Positions 55,485 to 64,000 of a stretch of 64,000 nucleotides of DNA are shown one piece after another. The stretch comes from a virus, in the IMG/VR virus record IMGVR_UViG_3300036770_005504, positions 9,045 to 73,044 of that record; one strand, 5' to 3'. How positions within the stretch are numbered: position 1 is the first letter of the stretch; each line of letters begins with the position of its first letter. The notes beneath the pieces were generated by a model. It was not told where the DNA came from. It did not search any database and saw nothing but the letters and a program-made list of their open reading frames with translations. Made by a program: the position numbers and the translations under genes.

Positions 55485-56242
55485 TGCTGATTTGACTGAG
55501 ATTCCTTTTTGATCAATTCCAACAATTCTGGGGAAATCTCCGAGGGTATACTGACCTGCAGTTTCATTAATATATCACCTCTACGATTATTTCGGTCTAA
55601 AAACCCGCGGCCACGAATACGCATTATAGATTGAGGTTTTGTATTGGGTAATACTGCTACTGAAAATCGTCGGCCTGTTGGATCGGTGATTTCATACTCA
55701 CCTCCTGCAATCAATGTCCAAATTGATACCGAACAATTAGTGATTAGATCCAGACCTGACTTGAACCAAATTGGATCCGGTTTGATTCTAAATATCACAA
55801 TTAGATCTTCTCGATTTGGCCCAAGACGATCATAACGCACCATATTACCATCTTCTACACCCATTGGGATGTCAATTTGAATATTATGTGTAGATCCAGT
55901 TGCGGTTGTTACTGTGATAATTTTTTTAGTGGGATTTAAAATATCACGTATGTCTAGCCAAAGATTAATTTTGCTAGTCTGTTTCTGCGTGAAAGTTTGA
56001 TGAAACATGTCAAACGGAGAAAATCCATGATCAAAAAACCCTCTCGAATGAATTGGATTGTCGTAGAGATGTTTTTTTTCTGGATCACTGAGTGTATTGT
56101 ATGCAGCCTGTATTTCTTGAAATCGGTCAGTGTCACCACCATGGTCTGGGTGGTGTTGACTGGCTAATTTTCGGTAGGCACGTTTGATATCGTCGGCAGT
56201 GGCACTGGGAGGAACTCCCAGTGTTTTATAGTAATCGTTCAT
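55481..56242 (-). CDS. dnaJ: DnaJ/CbpA-type co-chaperone
   Basis: J-domain DYY..LG...IKRAYRKLA..HHPD plus C-terminal domain (GDI). Confidence 0.92.
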   Translation of the reverse strand: MNDYYKTLGVPPSATADDIKRAYRKLASQHHPDHGGDTDRFQEIQAAYNTLSDPEKKHLYDNPIHSRGFFDHGFSPFDMFHQTFTQKQTSKINLWLDIRDILNPTKKIITVTTATGSTHNIQIDIPMGVEDGNMVRYDRLGPNREDLIVIFRIKPDPIWFKSGLDLITNCSVSIWTLIAGGEYEITDPTGRRFSVAVLPNTKPQSIMRIRGRGFLDRNNRRGDILMKLQVSIPSEISPELLELIKKESQSNQH

Positions 56243-56272
56243 ATATGTAGTTATTGACGATCACTGAACAAA

Positions 56273-56482
56273 TTAATTTTTAGGAATCGGTGTGCCTTCA
56301 AATTTCTTATGAACCTTGATTTCACGACAGTCTTTGCGCACTGAACCATCCTTGTTTTTGATGACATTGCCTGACTTGTCTCGGGCATCTACACAGACAC
56401 GTTTGGTCTCAGGTTTTTTATCAGTAGCATAGACTGGCAAAATCAAACTCATTGCAAAAATGGCACCGATAATTTTTTTCAT
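56273..56482 (-). CDS. Small secreted protein
   Basis: Signal peptide, two Cys; late box at 56504-56510 and GGAG RBS. Confidence 0.65.
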   Translation of the reverse strand: MKKIIGAIFAMSLILPVYATDKKPETKRVCVDARDKSGNVIKNKDGSVRKDCREIKVHKKFEGTPIPKN

Positions 56483-56502
56483 TATAATTCTCCCTGTGAC
56501 TA

Positions 56503-56808
56503 TTATTTATCCGCAGTGGGTTTATGAGCTGGTTGACTGTGATCCTGTATGGTCATTCCGGCAATCTTTTCTTTACTACGCCACCAAGCAGTTATACCCA
56601 ATATACCACCCATGGCCACATGATATAATCCAGCACCTTGTAGAGTGATGGGATTCCATTGGCTTGTGACTTGACCATGACTGACTGCTTGGAGGATACT
56701 CCACAATACAGGAAATATCACAAAATCACAAATACACACAGAAAAATACATCCATCCCATGGCTGGACGCCATTTACGATTAACCCAAGTTTCATGATTA
56801 TGATCCAT
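56503..56808 (-). CDS. Putative holin (3TM-holin-like)
   Basis: WRPAMGW.Y, GILGI....S.EK; in lysis cassette. Confidence 0.75.
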   Translation of the reverse strand: MDHNHETWVNRKWRPAMGWMYFSVCICDFVIFPVLWSILQAVSHGQVTSQWNPITLQGAGLYHVAMGGILGITAWWRSKEKIAGMTIQDHSQPAHKPTADK

Positions 56809-57236
56809 TATTTTTTCTCCGAGGATTCGACTTTGGTTGGTTCGTAGTAGTCTTTGTATTTTTGAATTATAATTCTTTGTGTATTAATAAGATTTCGTAA
56901 TTCAGCAATGGTCACCGACAGGGCTTGATAGCCGTCACTGGTCAACCCAAATAATACCAAACTTTGGTCCTTGGACTGCATCTGACTAAACACCTCCTCC
57001 CAATTTTGCGGAGTAATCACAATCCAATCAAGCGATTTTAATCTCAATGGTTGAGGGTTTTCGATTGACAATGGAGTTTTTTCTGCAGGTTTAGTTACTA
57101 CCTGCACAGGTTCAACGGGTTTTCTAAATAGAAAGCTGCAACCTGACAGGGCAATACTAGCGGCTACCAGCAGGGCGATAGTTGGGATTGGCGATTGCCG
57201 GACATTCTCTATTGATTTCTTCTGGCTTGGTAGCAT
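56808..57236 (-). CDS. o-spanin (Rz1-like lipoprotein)
   Basis: Lipobox LSGC; overlaps the 3' end of the i-spanin. Confidence 0.75.
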   Translation of the reverse strand: MLPSQKKSIENVRQSPIPTIALLVAASIALSGCSFLFRKPVEPVQVVTKPAEKTPLSIENPQPLRLKSLDWIVITPQNWEEVFSQMQSKDQSLVLFGLTSDGYQALSVTIAELRNLINTQRIIIQKYKDYYEPTKVESSEKK

Positions 57237-57672
57237 TTTTTTCAGCCTCCGTTAATGGCGCTCCACTGGCAATTTCTAAACAACGTAGAGCATTGACTGT
57301 GCCACGGTTTACGGCACGTTCTACTGCTGCGGGTTTCTCAGCAGCAGTCTTGCCCCAATTACGTTGTTGACCACTGGCAGTGGTATTGAACCTATCACGT
57401 AATGCATTGACATCATTGTTTTGTTTAGTGACCTGATCATTGACTGCTTTTGTCATTGCACGAATTTGATCTTGATCTTTTTTTATCTGCTCCATAGCAT
57501 CTTGCTGTTGTTTCACTGCCTGAGTCAATTTTTCTGTGTTGGCTTGACTGGTAGCGAGATCCGCTCTTAATCCAGTGATCCACCAGAAACCCACAGCAAA
57601 TAGTATTACAATGATCAATGCTGTTACTGCTTTTATGATGGTGCCAATTGGTAGAGGCAACATCGGAATCAT
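57157..57672 (-). CDS. i-spanin (Rz-like)
   Basis: N-terminal TM helix, periplasmic coiled coil, C-terminal Cys. Confidence 0.75.
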   Translation of the reverse strand: MIPMLPLPIGTIIKAVTALIIVILFAVGFWWITGLRADLATSQANTEKLTQAVKQQQDAMEQIKKDQDQIRAMTKAVNDQVTKQNNDVNALRDRFNTTASGQQRNWGKTAAEKPAAVERAVNRGTVNALRCLEIASGAPLTEAEKNATKPEEINRECPAIANPNYRPAGSR

Positions 57673-58499
57673 CCCAACAATTGTTGTAGAGTAGTTGGAC
57701 CAGCAACACCATCGGCCGTGAGACCGTTTTTTTGTTGCCATTCCTTTAATACTCTTTCCGTTCCTGGCCCAAAATCCCCGTCGGCTGTTATACCTAACGC
57801 TCTTTGTAGTGCTTGAACTTCGGCACCCTGACTACCTCGTTGTAATGTAACTTGTGTATTGACAGTCGGAGTCACTACATGTCCGCCTAATACTTCCAAT
57901 GCATGATGATAATGCTTTTTGCGATCTTCTAGGCCAATTGTACCACCGTTGATTCGTCGACTCAATGTTTCAATGTCACCACTGTCAGCCCATTGATTCA
58001 GTTTATTGGTTTCCCAGAACCAGCAAGCACTTTGAATAGCTCCTTCGAATGTTTCTAGATATTTGGGTATTTCTTCTATGTCAGTGTCGATGCTTTGACT
58101 GAACCAAAAATAGTTGTCACGACCGGTTAATTGGATCAATCCACGACCACGATAACGCCATCCATCACCACTGGATTCATCACCATTGCCCATGCGATTA
58201 GCATAGACACGATTGGCAATCTTTTCTGGCTGACGAGCATATTGTTGTGCCAGCTCGTCGGTTGGGAAATATTTTGGGAATACTTTACGTAGACTTTCCC
58301 AACGATAATTTAAATTTTCTGTTAAGAATTTAAATCCACCACTTTCGTGAGCACATTGAGCAATAAATGCTGCAACTCGAATAGCAGTATTGATTTCGTA
58401 TTCGGGTAAAATTTTATTTAATGCATCACACCAATACTGTGTATAGGAATTGCCAGGAATCAGTTGTTGTAGTTGCGGTAGAGTAATTACGTTATTCAT
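57669..58499 (-). CDS. GH19 endolysin with C-terminal peptidoglycan-binding domain
   Basis: AAFIAQCAHES, ENLNY, YRGRGLIQLTG..NY, INGG..GL.DR; L..G..G.EV..LQ..L...ADG.FG..T. Confidence 0.93.
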   Translation of the reverse strand: MNNVITLPQLQQLIPGNSYTQYWCDALNKILPEYEINTAIRVAAFIAQCAHESGGFKFLTENLNYRWESLRKVFPKYFPTDELAQQYARQPEKIANRVYANRMGNGDESSGDGWRYRGRGLIQLTGRDNYFWFSQSIDTDIEEIPKYLETFEGAIQSACWFWETNKLNQWADSGDIETLSRRINGGTIGLEDRKKHYHHALEVLGGHVVTPTVNTQVTLQRGSQGAEVQALQRALGITADGDFGPGTERVLKEWQQKNGLTADGVAGPTTLQQLLG

Positions 58500-58510
58500 A
58501 CTGCTATTTA

Positions 58511-59536
58511 TTAATCTTTTGTGATCGGGCCACCTACAATGAAAGCCGAACAACTCCTAGATCCTGCACATTTAAATTTCAAAAATGTGCAATATCCAAG
58601 GTCAGCTAGATCTATAGGAGCACGAGCATCTGCAATTTTGTTGTCCTCACCGTGAATACCGTCCTCAATACATTTACGCATGTCATCACTGACATCAAAT
58701 GCACCACAATTTTCGCATTTCATTGTTTTTGCAGTTGATTCTTTGATTTTCCAAATATCAGCTAACTCTTTCCAATAATTTTCTGGATGATCAGGATTAG
58801 CTGGACCATAGTGATAATCATCAATGGCTTTTTGCCGATTTTTTAAATTGACATCTATATCATATGTGGCAGTTGGGCAATTTTTGTTTTTAGACTCAGA
58901 AACAATATTGATAAATTTTCGTATAGTATTTTCTGTAGTAGGTATACTGCCCGAAGTTGTACCAGCTTGATTCGGTGTTTTATTACCAGCTAAAGTTTTT
59001 ACTGTTGAACCAATTGATTTAGCAGTCTGAGGTAAATTAGCCACATTTTGCCCAATACCAATGGCTTTAGCTGCTTGAGCGGCACGTTGGCTCCCGCCTG
59101 CAGCAGAAACGGTCAACGAATTCTTGGCTGCACTAGCTACATCTCCTTGTTTCAAACTATCGTAGGCTGCTATACCTGCATCCAATTGTTTTTGTGTTGC
59201 CCCAGTGAATGCACCTGGTAAATTACGTATCGCACCTGGCATATCACCTTGTATTGCCGAGCTGGCCACATCAGCTGCTCCTGCTACCTGAGCCACTCCT
59301 GGCACGAATCCCATCACAGTTCTTGCCATGGGATTTTCTTGACTCCATTTATCCCAGCTTTTTGCTGTGTCTGTCCATGTAGTTTGTTTAGGCTGTGGTT
59401 CGGGGGTCCCGACTTTAATTGGTTGACCCGATGCATCAACTACACCTGTAACGGTACTATTATCTTGTTCTTTGAATTTTTTATATTCGTTAGTGACTCG
59501 TAATAGATTTTTTTGAAATTCGTCTAGTTTATTCAT
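58511..59536 (-). CDS. Multi-part hypothetical protein with C-terminal Cys-rich domain
   Basis: Gly/Ala-rich helices, IRKFINIVSE linker, CP...C.NC..F...GYC....FKC...RSC. Confidence 0.7.
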   Translation of the reverse strand: MNKLDEFQKNLLRVTNEYKKFKEQDNSTVTGVVDASGQPIKVGTPEPQPKQTTWTDTAKSWDKWSQENPMARTVMGFVPGVAQVAGAADVASSAIQGDMPGAIRNLPGAFTGATQKQLDAGIAAYDSLKQGDVASAAKNSLTVSAAGGSQRAAQAAKAIGIGQNVANLPQTAKSIGSTVKTLAGNKTPNQAGTTSGSIPTTENTIRKFINIVSESKNKNCPTATYDIDVNLKNRQKAIDDYHYGPANPDHPENYWKELADIWKIKESTAKTMKCENCGAFDVSDDMRKCIEDGIHGEDNKIADARAPIDLADLGYCTFLKFKCAGSRSCSAFIVGGPITKD

Positions 59537-59537
59537 A

Positions 59538-60098
59538 TTATATACCTGCTGCAGATTGTAGATCGCGTAGATCTTTGTCAATTTCGTAGATAGGTTTGGT
59601 TGTCAATCCAGCGGCTATTCTAACTTCATTGAGTTCAAGATTTTCTCGTTCACGATAATCACGAGGACTCAGTGGCACTAGCTTTTTAAAAGTTTCCTGG
59701 TCAAATTGATAAGTTCGGTCTTTGTAGACCATCGACCAGTCATTGATATCGAATTCAGTTAATGTTTCTAAATCTTGAAGCAATTGAGCAATTTGTTGTG
59801 GCACAGCATTTCTTCTGCGGATTTCTACGTAGACCAAATATCTATTAGGTTTGATTTCACCAGGACTTTGATCAGCATCTAATATAAAGTCATAGCCTTT
59901 TTCAAACCATTGTACTAGATCATTTGCTGCTTGTTTGTCTCGAACAAAAAAACTAATCACAACAACATCTTCGTCATCGCCCATTTTACTAGAAAATTCA
60001 TCCACATGAATAGTGGGTTTTAGCATTTCTTCGAGATCTTTATAATCTAAAGTCTCTTTGAGGATATCACTGCGGTGGGATGGCCATTTGTGTTGCAT
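59538..60098 (-). CDS. Hypothetical protein
   Basis: 186-aa ORF with two C-terminal AAG(L/I) motifs. Confidence 0.7.
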   Translation of the reverse strand: MQHKWPSHRSDILKETLDYKDLEEMLKPTIHVDEFSSKMGDDEDVVVISFFVRDKQAANDLVQWFEKGYDFILDADQSPGEIKPNRYLVYVEIRRRNAVPQQIAQLLQDLETLTEFDINDWSMVYKDRTYQFDQETFKKLVPLSPRDYRERENLELNEVRIAAGLTTKPIYEIDKDLRDLQSAAGI

Positions 60099-60639
60099 TT
60101 TGATTGTTCTCTATAGAGTTATTTTTGTATTGGTCTTTGTCTAAATCTTCACTGTATGCATCTTCTATGTCTTGCATATCAATATCTTGATCTTCTAGTT
60201 CAATCGAACCAGTTCGAATATCAGATATAAGATTTTTAGGAATAGTAATTTCTACTAGCCAAACTGGTTTTTTGATCAATCTAGCTTTGTGTGTACCAGC
60301 ACGATAATCACTGGGTTTTTCAATTTTGATAGGAATTTTAATTTCGGTTTGACGAAATTTGACTTGACAGTCAAATGGCAACAGTCGACGACCACCTCGA
60401 GGGTCGGGCATCAGTTGGTCCGGATACATAAAAATGCATGATACTGAATATTTTTTTATATTCGGCCCTGATACTAATTCACCATGTATCCAATTTTTAA
60501 ATGCATAAATATCCAGCTCATCTAATACACGTTCAAAATCCATTAAGGTCAGTAATGTACCTTCGGACATGTAAATATCTTTGATATTGTCGGCCACTAA
60601 CCAATAGTCGGCGTGATCTTTAAATAAATCTTTATCCAT
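60067..60639 (-). CDS. Hypothetical protein (late)
   Basis: 190-aa ORF, ATAAATA 5 nt upstream. Confidence 0.75.
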   Translation of the reverse strand: MDKDLFKDHADYWLVADNIKDIYMSEGTLLTLMDFERVLDELDIYAFKNWIHGELVSGPNIKKYSVSCIFMYPDQLMPDPRGGRRLLPFDCQVKFRQTEIKIPIKIEKPSDYRAGTHKARLIKKPVWLVEITIPKNLISDIRTGSIELEDQDIDMQDIEDAYSEDLDKDQYKNNSIENNQNATQMAIPPQ

Positions 60640-60800
60640 AACATTATTTATGTCGGACTGAAATATTTCAAAAAACTCAAAAGTTATTGGGCCGAAAATT
60701 TATTTAGTAATGGTTTTTTTGTTTAAGGTATGCAGAGAACTTCAAAATTTAAAGTCTAAATAACTATGTTGATAGTATCAACATAACAGGAGGATTTAAC

Positions 60801-61526
60801 TTGAGTAAAAATCGAGGAGCACGAGCTCAACGTAAAATAGAAATGCCAGAAAATACCATACAATTTCAAAACCACTCAAAAACACGACGAACACCTAACA
60901 TTATCCCCAAAACATTAAATCAAGAAAACTTTTATCTAAATCTCAATGATCAACACAAGGACATTGTGATTGCCACTGGGCCAGCTGGCACCGGAAAAAC
61001 TTATCTAGCCATGCAGATGGCAGTTCGCAATCTACAAAACAATACTTGTCAGCGAATTGTGATGACTAGACCTGCAGTGGGAGTTGATGATGAACAACAT
61101 GGTTTCTTGCCAGGAAACTTGGTGTCAAAAATGGAACCATGGACTAGACCGTTACTTGATGTATTGCGTGAATATTATCGTCCTCAAGATATTATATCAA
61201 TGATCGAAGATCAAATCATTGAAATTTCACCATTGGCTTATATGAGGGGGAGAACATTCTCAGATGCTTGGATCATTGCCGACGAGATGCAAAACTCTAC
61301 TCCTAATCAAATGAAAATGTTATTGAGTCGAATCGGCAAAAATAGCAAAATAGTGGTCACTGGGGATGTTGAGCAAACCGATAAAAAACAATCCAACAAC
61401 GGACTGCTGGATGTAGTCGAAAGACTCAAACATCATCCTGTTAAAGGTATCTCAGTCTGCGAGTTTTCCACTCGAGATATTCAAAGACATCCTATCATAG
61501 GAGAGATACTGAAAATATACAATTGA
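60801..61526 (+). CDS. phoH: PhoH-family ATPase
   Basis: GPAGTGKT, RP.V, GFLPG, AYMRGRT, DEMQN, GD..Q.D, RHP; TTG start with AGGAGG. Confidence 0.95.
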   Translation: MSKNRGARAQRKIEMPENTIQFQNHSKTRRTPNIIPKTLNQENFYLNLNDQHKDIVIATGPAGTGKTYLAMQMAVRNLQNNTCQRIVMTRPAVGVDDEQHGFLPGNLVSKMEPWTRPLLDVLREYYRPQDIISMIEDQIIEISPLAYMRGRTFSDAWIIADEMQNSTPNQMKMLLSRIGKNSKIVVTGDVEQTDKKQSNNGLLDVVERLKHHPVKGISVCEFSTRDIQRHPIIGEILKIYN

Positions 61527-61549
61527 TAATCTATTTCTACTGCCAGTGA

Positions 61550-61816
61550 TTAATTACCACTGGCAGTAGCTTGATTGATTTGTTCTAACTGTTGAAAAAC
61601 ATCTCGGTAAAATTTTTTGTAATACTCAATGATATTGTTCCAGTTTTTTTCGACTATTTTACCATCAACATGGCATTTAATGATTTGTCGATCTCGGAAA
61701 TCTAGAATAATATTACAAGATTGATAATCACGATTTTTTAAAGTTTTAACAATGGCAGTGGACTCGTTATACTGCCCATTGGATTGACGTAGATAAGTTA
61801 AACAAAAATATCGCAT
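61550..61816 (-). CDS. Hypothetical protein
   Basis: 88-aa ORF downstream of clamp loader. Confidence 0.65.
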   Translation of the reverse strand: MRYFCLTYLRQSNGQYNESTAIVKTLKNRDYQSCNIILDFRDRQIIKCHVDGKIVEKNWNNIIEYYKKFYRDVFQQLEQINQATASGN

Positions 61817-61821
61817 AATAA

Positions 61822-62745
61822 TTATCGTCCAATGGCTACAAGTTCACAAATTGTGGCACTGAGATTGATTTCAGGGTCGGCAACTAAACTGTGATTGACC
61901 AAACCATCTCGGATTTTAATAATGGCCTGATCTTGATCAAATTCATCAGTGGCCCAGATGTCAATGTTGTCATACATCCAACGATAAATCGATTCGATTT
62001 CGTCTGGGCGAATTGATTTACACAATTTTTCCCTGGCCATTTTGACTTGCCCTTTTTTAAACAAATCAACCACAGACAACATAACATCTTGACTGTTTGA
62101 CTCGTTGTCAACAGCCACAGTCAGATGTCCTGACCCACTGTTTAACTGACAACTGTTGATACATTTTCGTAGATCGGGGTAAGTGGCTTTGACAAAACTG
62201 TCTAGTGTATCAAGTTCGAATTCTATATTTTCATTGACCAAAATAGTGGCTATTCTGGCGGTGAACTCAGTGAGATCGATTCGATCGATATGAAATCCTT
62301 GACATCTACTATGAATAGCTGGGATAATTCGGTTGGCATAGTTACATGTCAAAATAAATCTTGCAGTTTCATGATACATTTCCATGACACCGCGCAATGC
62401 AGCTTGACCATTGGGACTAATAAAATCAGCCTCGTCGAGCAATACCACTTTAAAATCACCAAATGGCATAGTCTGCACAAATCCCACAATCTTATCACGA
62501 ATAGTATCTACACTATTTTCTCGACTGGCATTGATTTCTAATACGTCATAATCGTTGACATTCAGTTCATTGATCAACATTTTTGCCAATGTAGTTTTGC
62601 CCACACCGGGTGCACCGGAAAATAACAAATGAGGGATGGATTTATTTTTGACCCATTGAGTGATTGTTTTTTTCTGTGCCTCATCACGAAATACATATTG
62701 GTCAAGAGTTTTCGGGCGATACAATTCAGTCCAAAGTTGATTCAT
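61822..62745 (-). CDS. Clamp loader ATPase (gp44/RFC-small-like)
   Basis: W.E.YRP, GAPGVGKTT, NAS, LDEAD, ILTCN, SRC. Confidence 0.95.
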   Translation of the reverse strand: MNQLWTELYRPKTLDQYVFRDEAQKKTITQWVKNKSIPHLLFSGAPGVGKTTLAKMLINELNVNDYDVLEINASRENSVDTIRDKIVGFVQTMPFGDFKVVLLDEADFISPNGQAALRGVMEMYHETARFILTCNYANRIIPAIHSRCQGFHIDRIDLTEFTARIATILVNENIEFELDTLDSFVKATYPDLRKCINSCQLNSGSGHLTVAVDNESNSQDVMLSVVDLFKKGQVKMAREKLCKSIRPDEIESIYRWMYDNIDIWATDEFDQDQAIIKIRDGLVNHSLVADPEINLSATICELVAIGR

Positions 62746-62814
62746 TTTATACCTTGTGTTTTTAATATAACAATTAATATTATAAAGTTGATTTTGTATA
62801 TTGTCTAGACTCTA

Positions 62815-63279
62815 TTAGCTCTTTTTAGATTCAGATTCAATAACACGTTTACGTAGATTGCTGGAACTAAAACTATGATCACGCTTGTTGAAAATGCAAA
62901 CAATATCTCTGGCTTGACAGATTGACTTGCCTGTAAACTCTTTATCTATATATTCCACCCCCAATATTCTAACATCAATGGGCAATGTTAATAGTATATC
63001 TTCTAGATCTTTTTCGGTTTGATAAACCACAATTTCATCCACATATCGAACAGCTTGAAGTTGTATTTGTCTCTCAACAATAGATTGAACTGGTTGATTT
63101 TTTGTGTTGGGTCTATCTATAGTGGGATCCGTTTGTAGTCCAGCAATTAAGTAATCACAATGATTTTTAGATTCGGCCAACATGGCTATATGCCCGGCAT
63201 GCAAAAGATCGAATGCACTAAACACTATTCCGATTTTTAACCCTTGTTTTTTTAGTTCTTTGATTTTATTAAATATCAT
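62815..63279 (-). CDS. Cytidylyltransferase (TagD-like)
   Basis: FDLLHAGH, ER..QL....YVDE, SSS.LR. Confidence 0.9.
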   Translation of the reverse strand: MIFNKIKELKKQGLKIGIVFSAFDLLHAGHIAMLAESKNHCDYLIAGLQTDPTIDRPNTKNQPVQSIVERQIQLQAVRYVDEIVVYQTEKDLEDILLTLPIDVRILGVEYIDKEFTGKSICQARDIVCIFNKRDHSFSSSNLRKRVIESESKKS

Positions 63280-63517
63280 CTTTTTTCAATATTTGCCAAA
63301 TTTTTGATTGTTCTAAATTTTTGAGATACTGTTGTTCAAGTTCCCCAAATTTGGGACAATCATTTAAACATTGATTCACTAGTTGTTGAATTTGATAAAG
63401 ATCTTGTTTACATCCCCAAGCATTAAATCCGTCATTATAGGGACTACGTATCTCTCGGCCCAACCTGGATATCTGTTGACAAATATCGTTGACATTCCAC
63501 GATTGTCGAAAACCCAT
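63269..63517 (-). CDS. Hypothetical protein
   Basis: 82-aa ORF in operon. Confidence 0.65.
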   Translation of the reverse strand: MGFRQSWNVNDICQQISRLGREIRSPYNDGFNAWGCKQDLYQIQQLVNQCLNDCPKFGELEQQYLKNLEQSKIWQILKKDDI

Positions 63518-63522
63518 GATAA

Positions 63523-63906
63523 TTAACGAGATTTTTGATCTATGTGTATAGCATCGCTGACAGTGTCATCAATGATGGGGTCATCGGATACTAATAAAAT
63601 ATCGTTGGGGTCAATTTTTCTAATAGTTTTAACACCATGATCGTCTTCAATTTCTAATCCGCGAGTCCATCTTCCGTGAGCTACACAAATCCATTGACCG
63701 ACTCTGACTGATTTTTGATCCGGGCCAATGGCATATACTTCGGCCCATCTTGGTCGAATACCTGTGCCCTTGCCATCATCACTGGGCAATATGATACCCG
63801 AACTGGTGATTCTTTTTTCAAAGTTCATGTCTGAAACCAATACCTGATCCCTGAGCACTTTTAGATTACGAATCCGAGTGGGCGAATATGAAGCTTTTTT
63901 TTCCAT
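63523..63906 (-). CDS. groES: GroES-like co-chaperonin
   Basis: LRD.VLV, TSSGIILP, V.AIGP, V.VG, DILL. Confidence 0.88.
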   Translation of the reverse strand: MEKKASYSPTRIRNLKVLRDQVLVSDMNFEKRITSSGIILPSDDGKGTGIRPRWAEVYAIGPDQKSVRVGQWICVAHGRWTRGLEIEDDHGVKTIRKIDPNDILLVSDDPIIDDTVSDAIHIDQKSR

Positions 63907-64000
63907 TATTTCCTCTTTTTGGCTTTTTCTACAGCAGCAGCAATACCCGATTGTGGTGTTTGGTTTTGTGATACTGTACTAGATGTTGACTGTTTTTGTG
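63906..64000 (-). CDS. 3' end of an upstream gene (partial)
   Basis: Open frame ...QTPQSGIAAAVEKAKKRK*, TAA overlapping the groES ATG. Confidence 0.55.
   Translation of the reverse strand, partial: QKQSTSSTVSQNQTPQSGIAAAVEKAKKRK

Noticed and set aside
1-64000. Stop-codon reassignment
   Set aside because: Conserved genes are full length in the standard code and no suppressor tRNA is present
1-64000. Bacterial chromosome or prophage origin
   Set aside because: T4-type replisome, late promoters and lysis cassette throughout; no integrase or host housekeeping operons

Overview
This window is a gene-dense, AT-rich segment of a large T4-like (probably jumbo) tailed phage, read mostly on the minus strand in the standard code. 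Core genes include a family B DNA polymerase, sliding clamp, clamp loader, T4-type RNase H, GroES, DnaJ, ClpA, PhoH and a GH19 endolysin/spanin/holin lysis cassette. Sigma70-type promoters and T4-type late promoters (ATAAATA) are both present. Spanins and two Bug/TctC proteins suggest a Gram-negative, probably betaproteobacterial, host. Four accessory systems stand out. (1) 0.3-13.9 kb: a largely late-promoter tailoring-enzyme island with three PP-loop ATPases, 2OG-Fe(II) oxygenases, a radical SAM enzyme, GNATs, a desaturase, a sulfotransferase and a compact PAPS-synthase-like fusion. (2) 23-33.5 kb: a 7-deazaguanine DNA-modification cluster (folE, queD, queE, DpdL-like, TGT/DpdA-like, YhhQ; no queC in the window) interleaved with glycosyl- and methyltransferases. 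(3) 39.7-52 kb: a block of probable capsid-packaged proteins sharing an N-terminal tag, including two multi-enzyme polyproteins whose modules are joined by repeated V-x-E linkers resembling prohead-protease sites. (4) Three tRNAs, one an unusual UGU-anticodon tRNA with a long variable arm. All functional calls come from motif recognition by eye; no searches were run.
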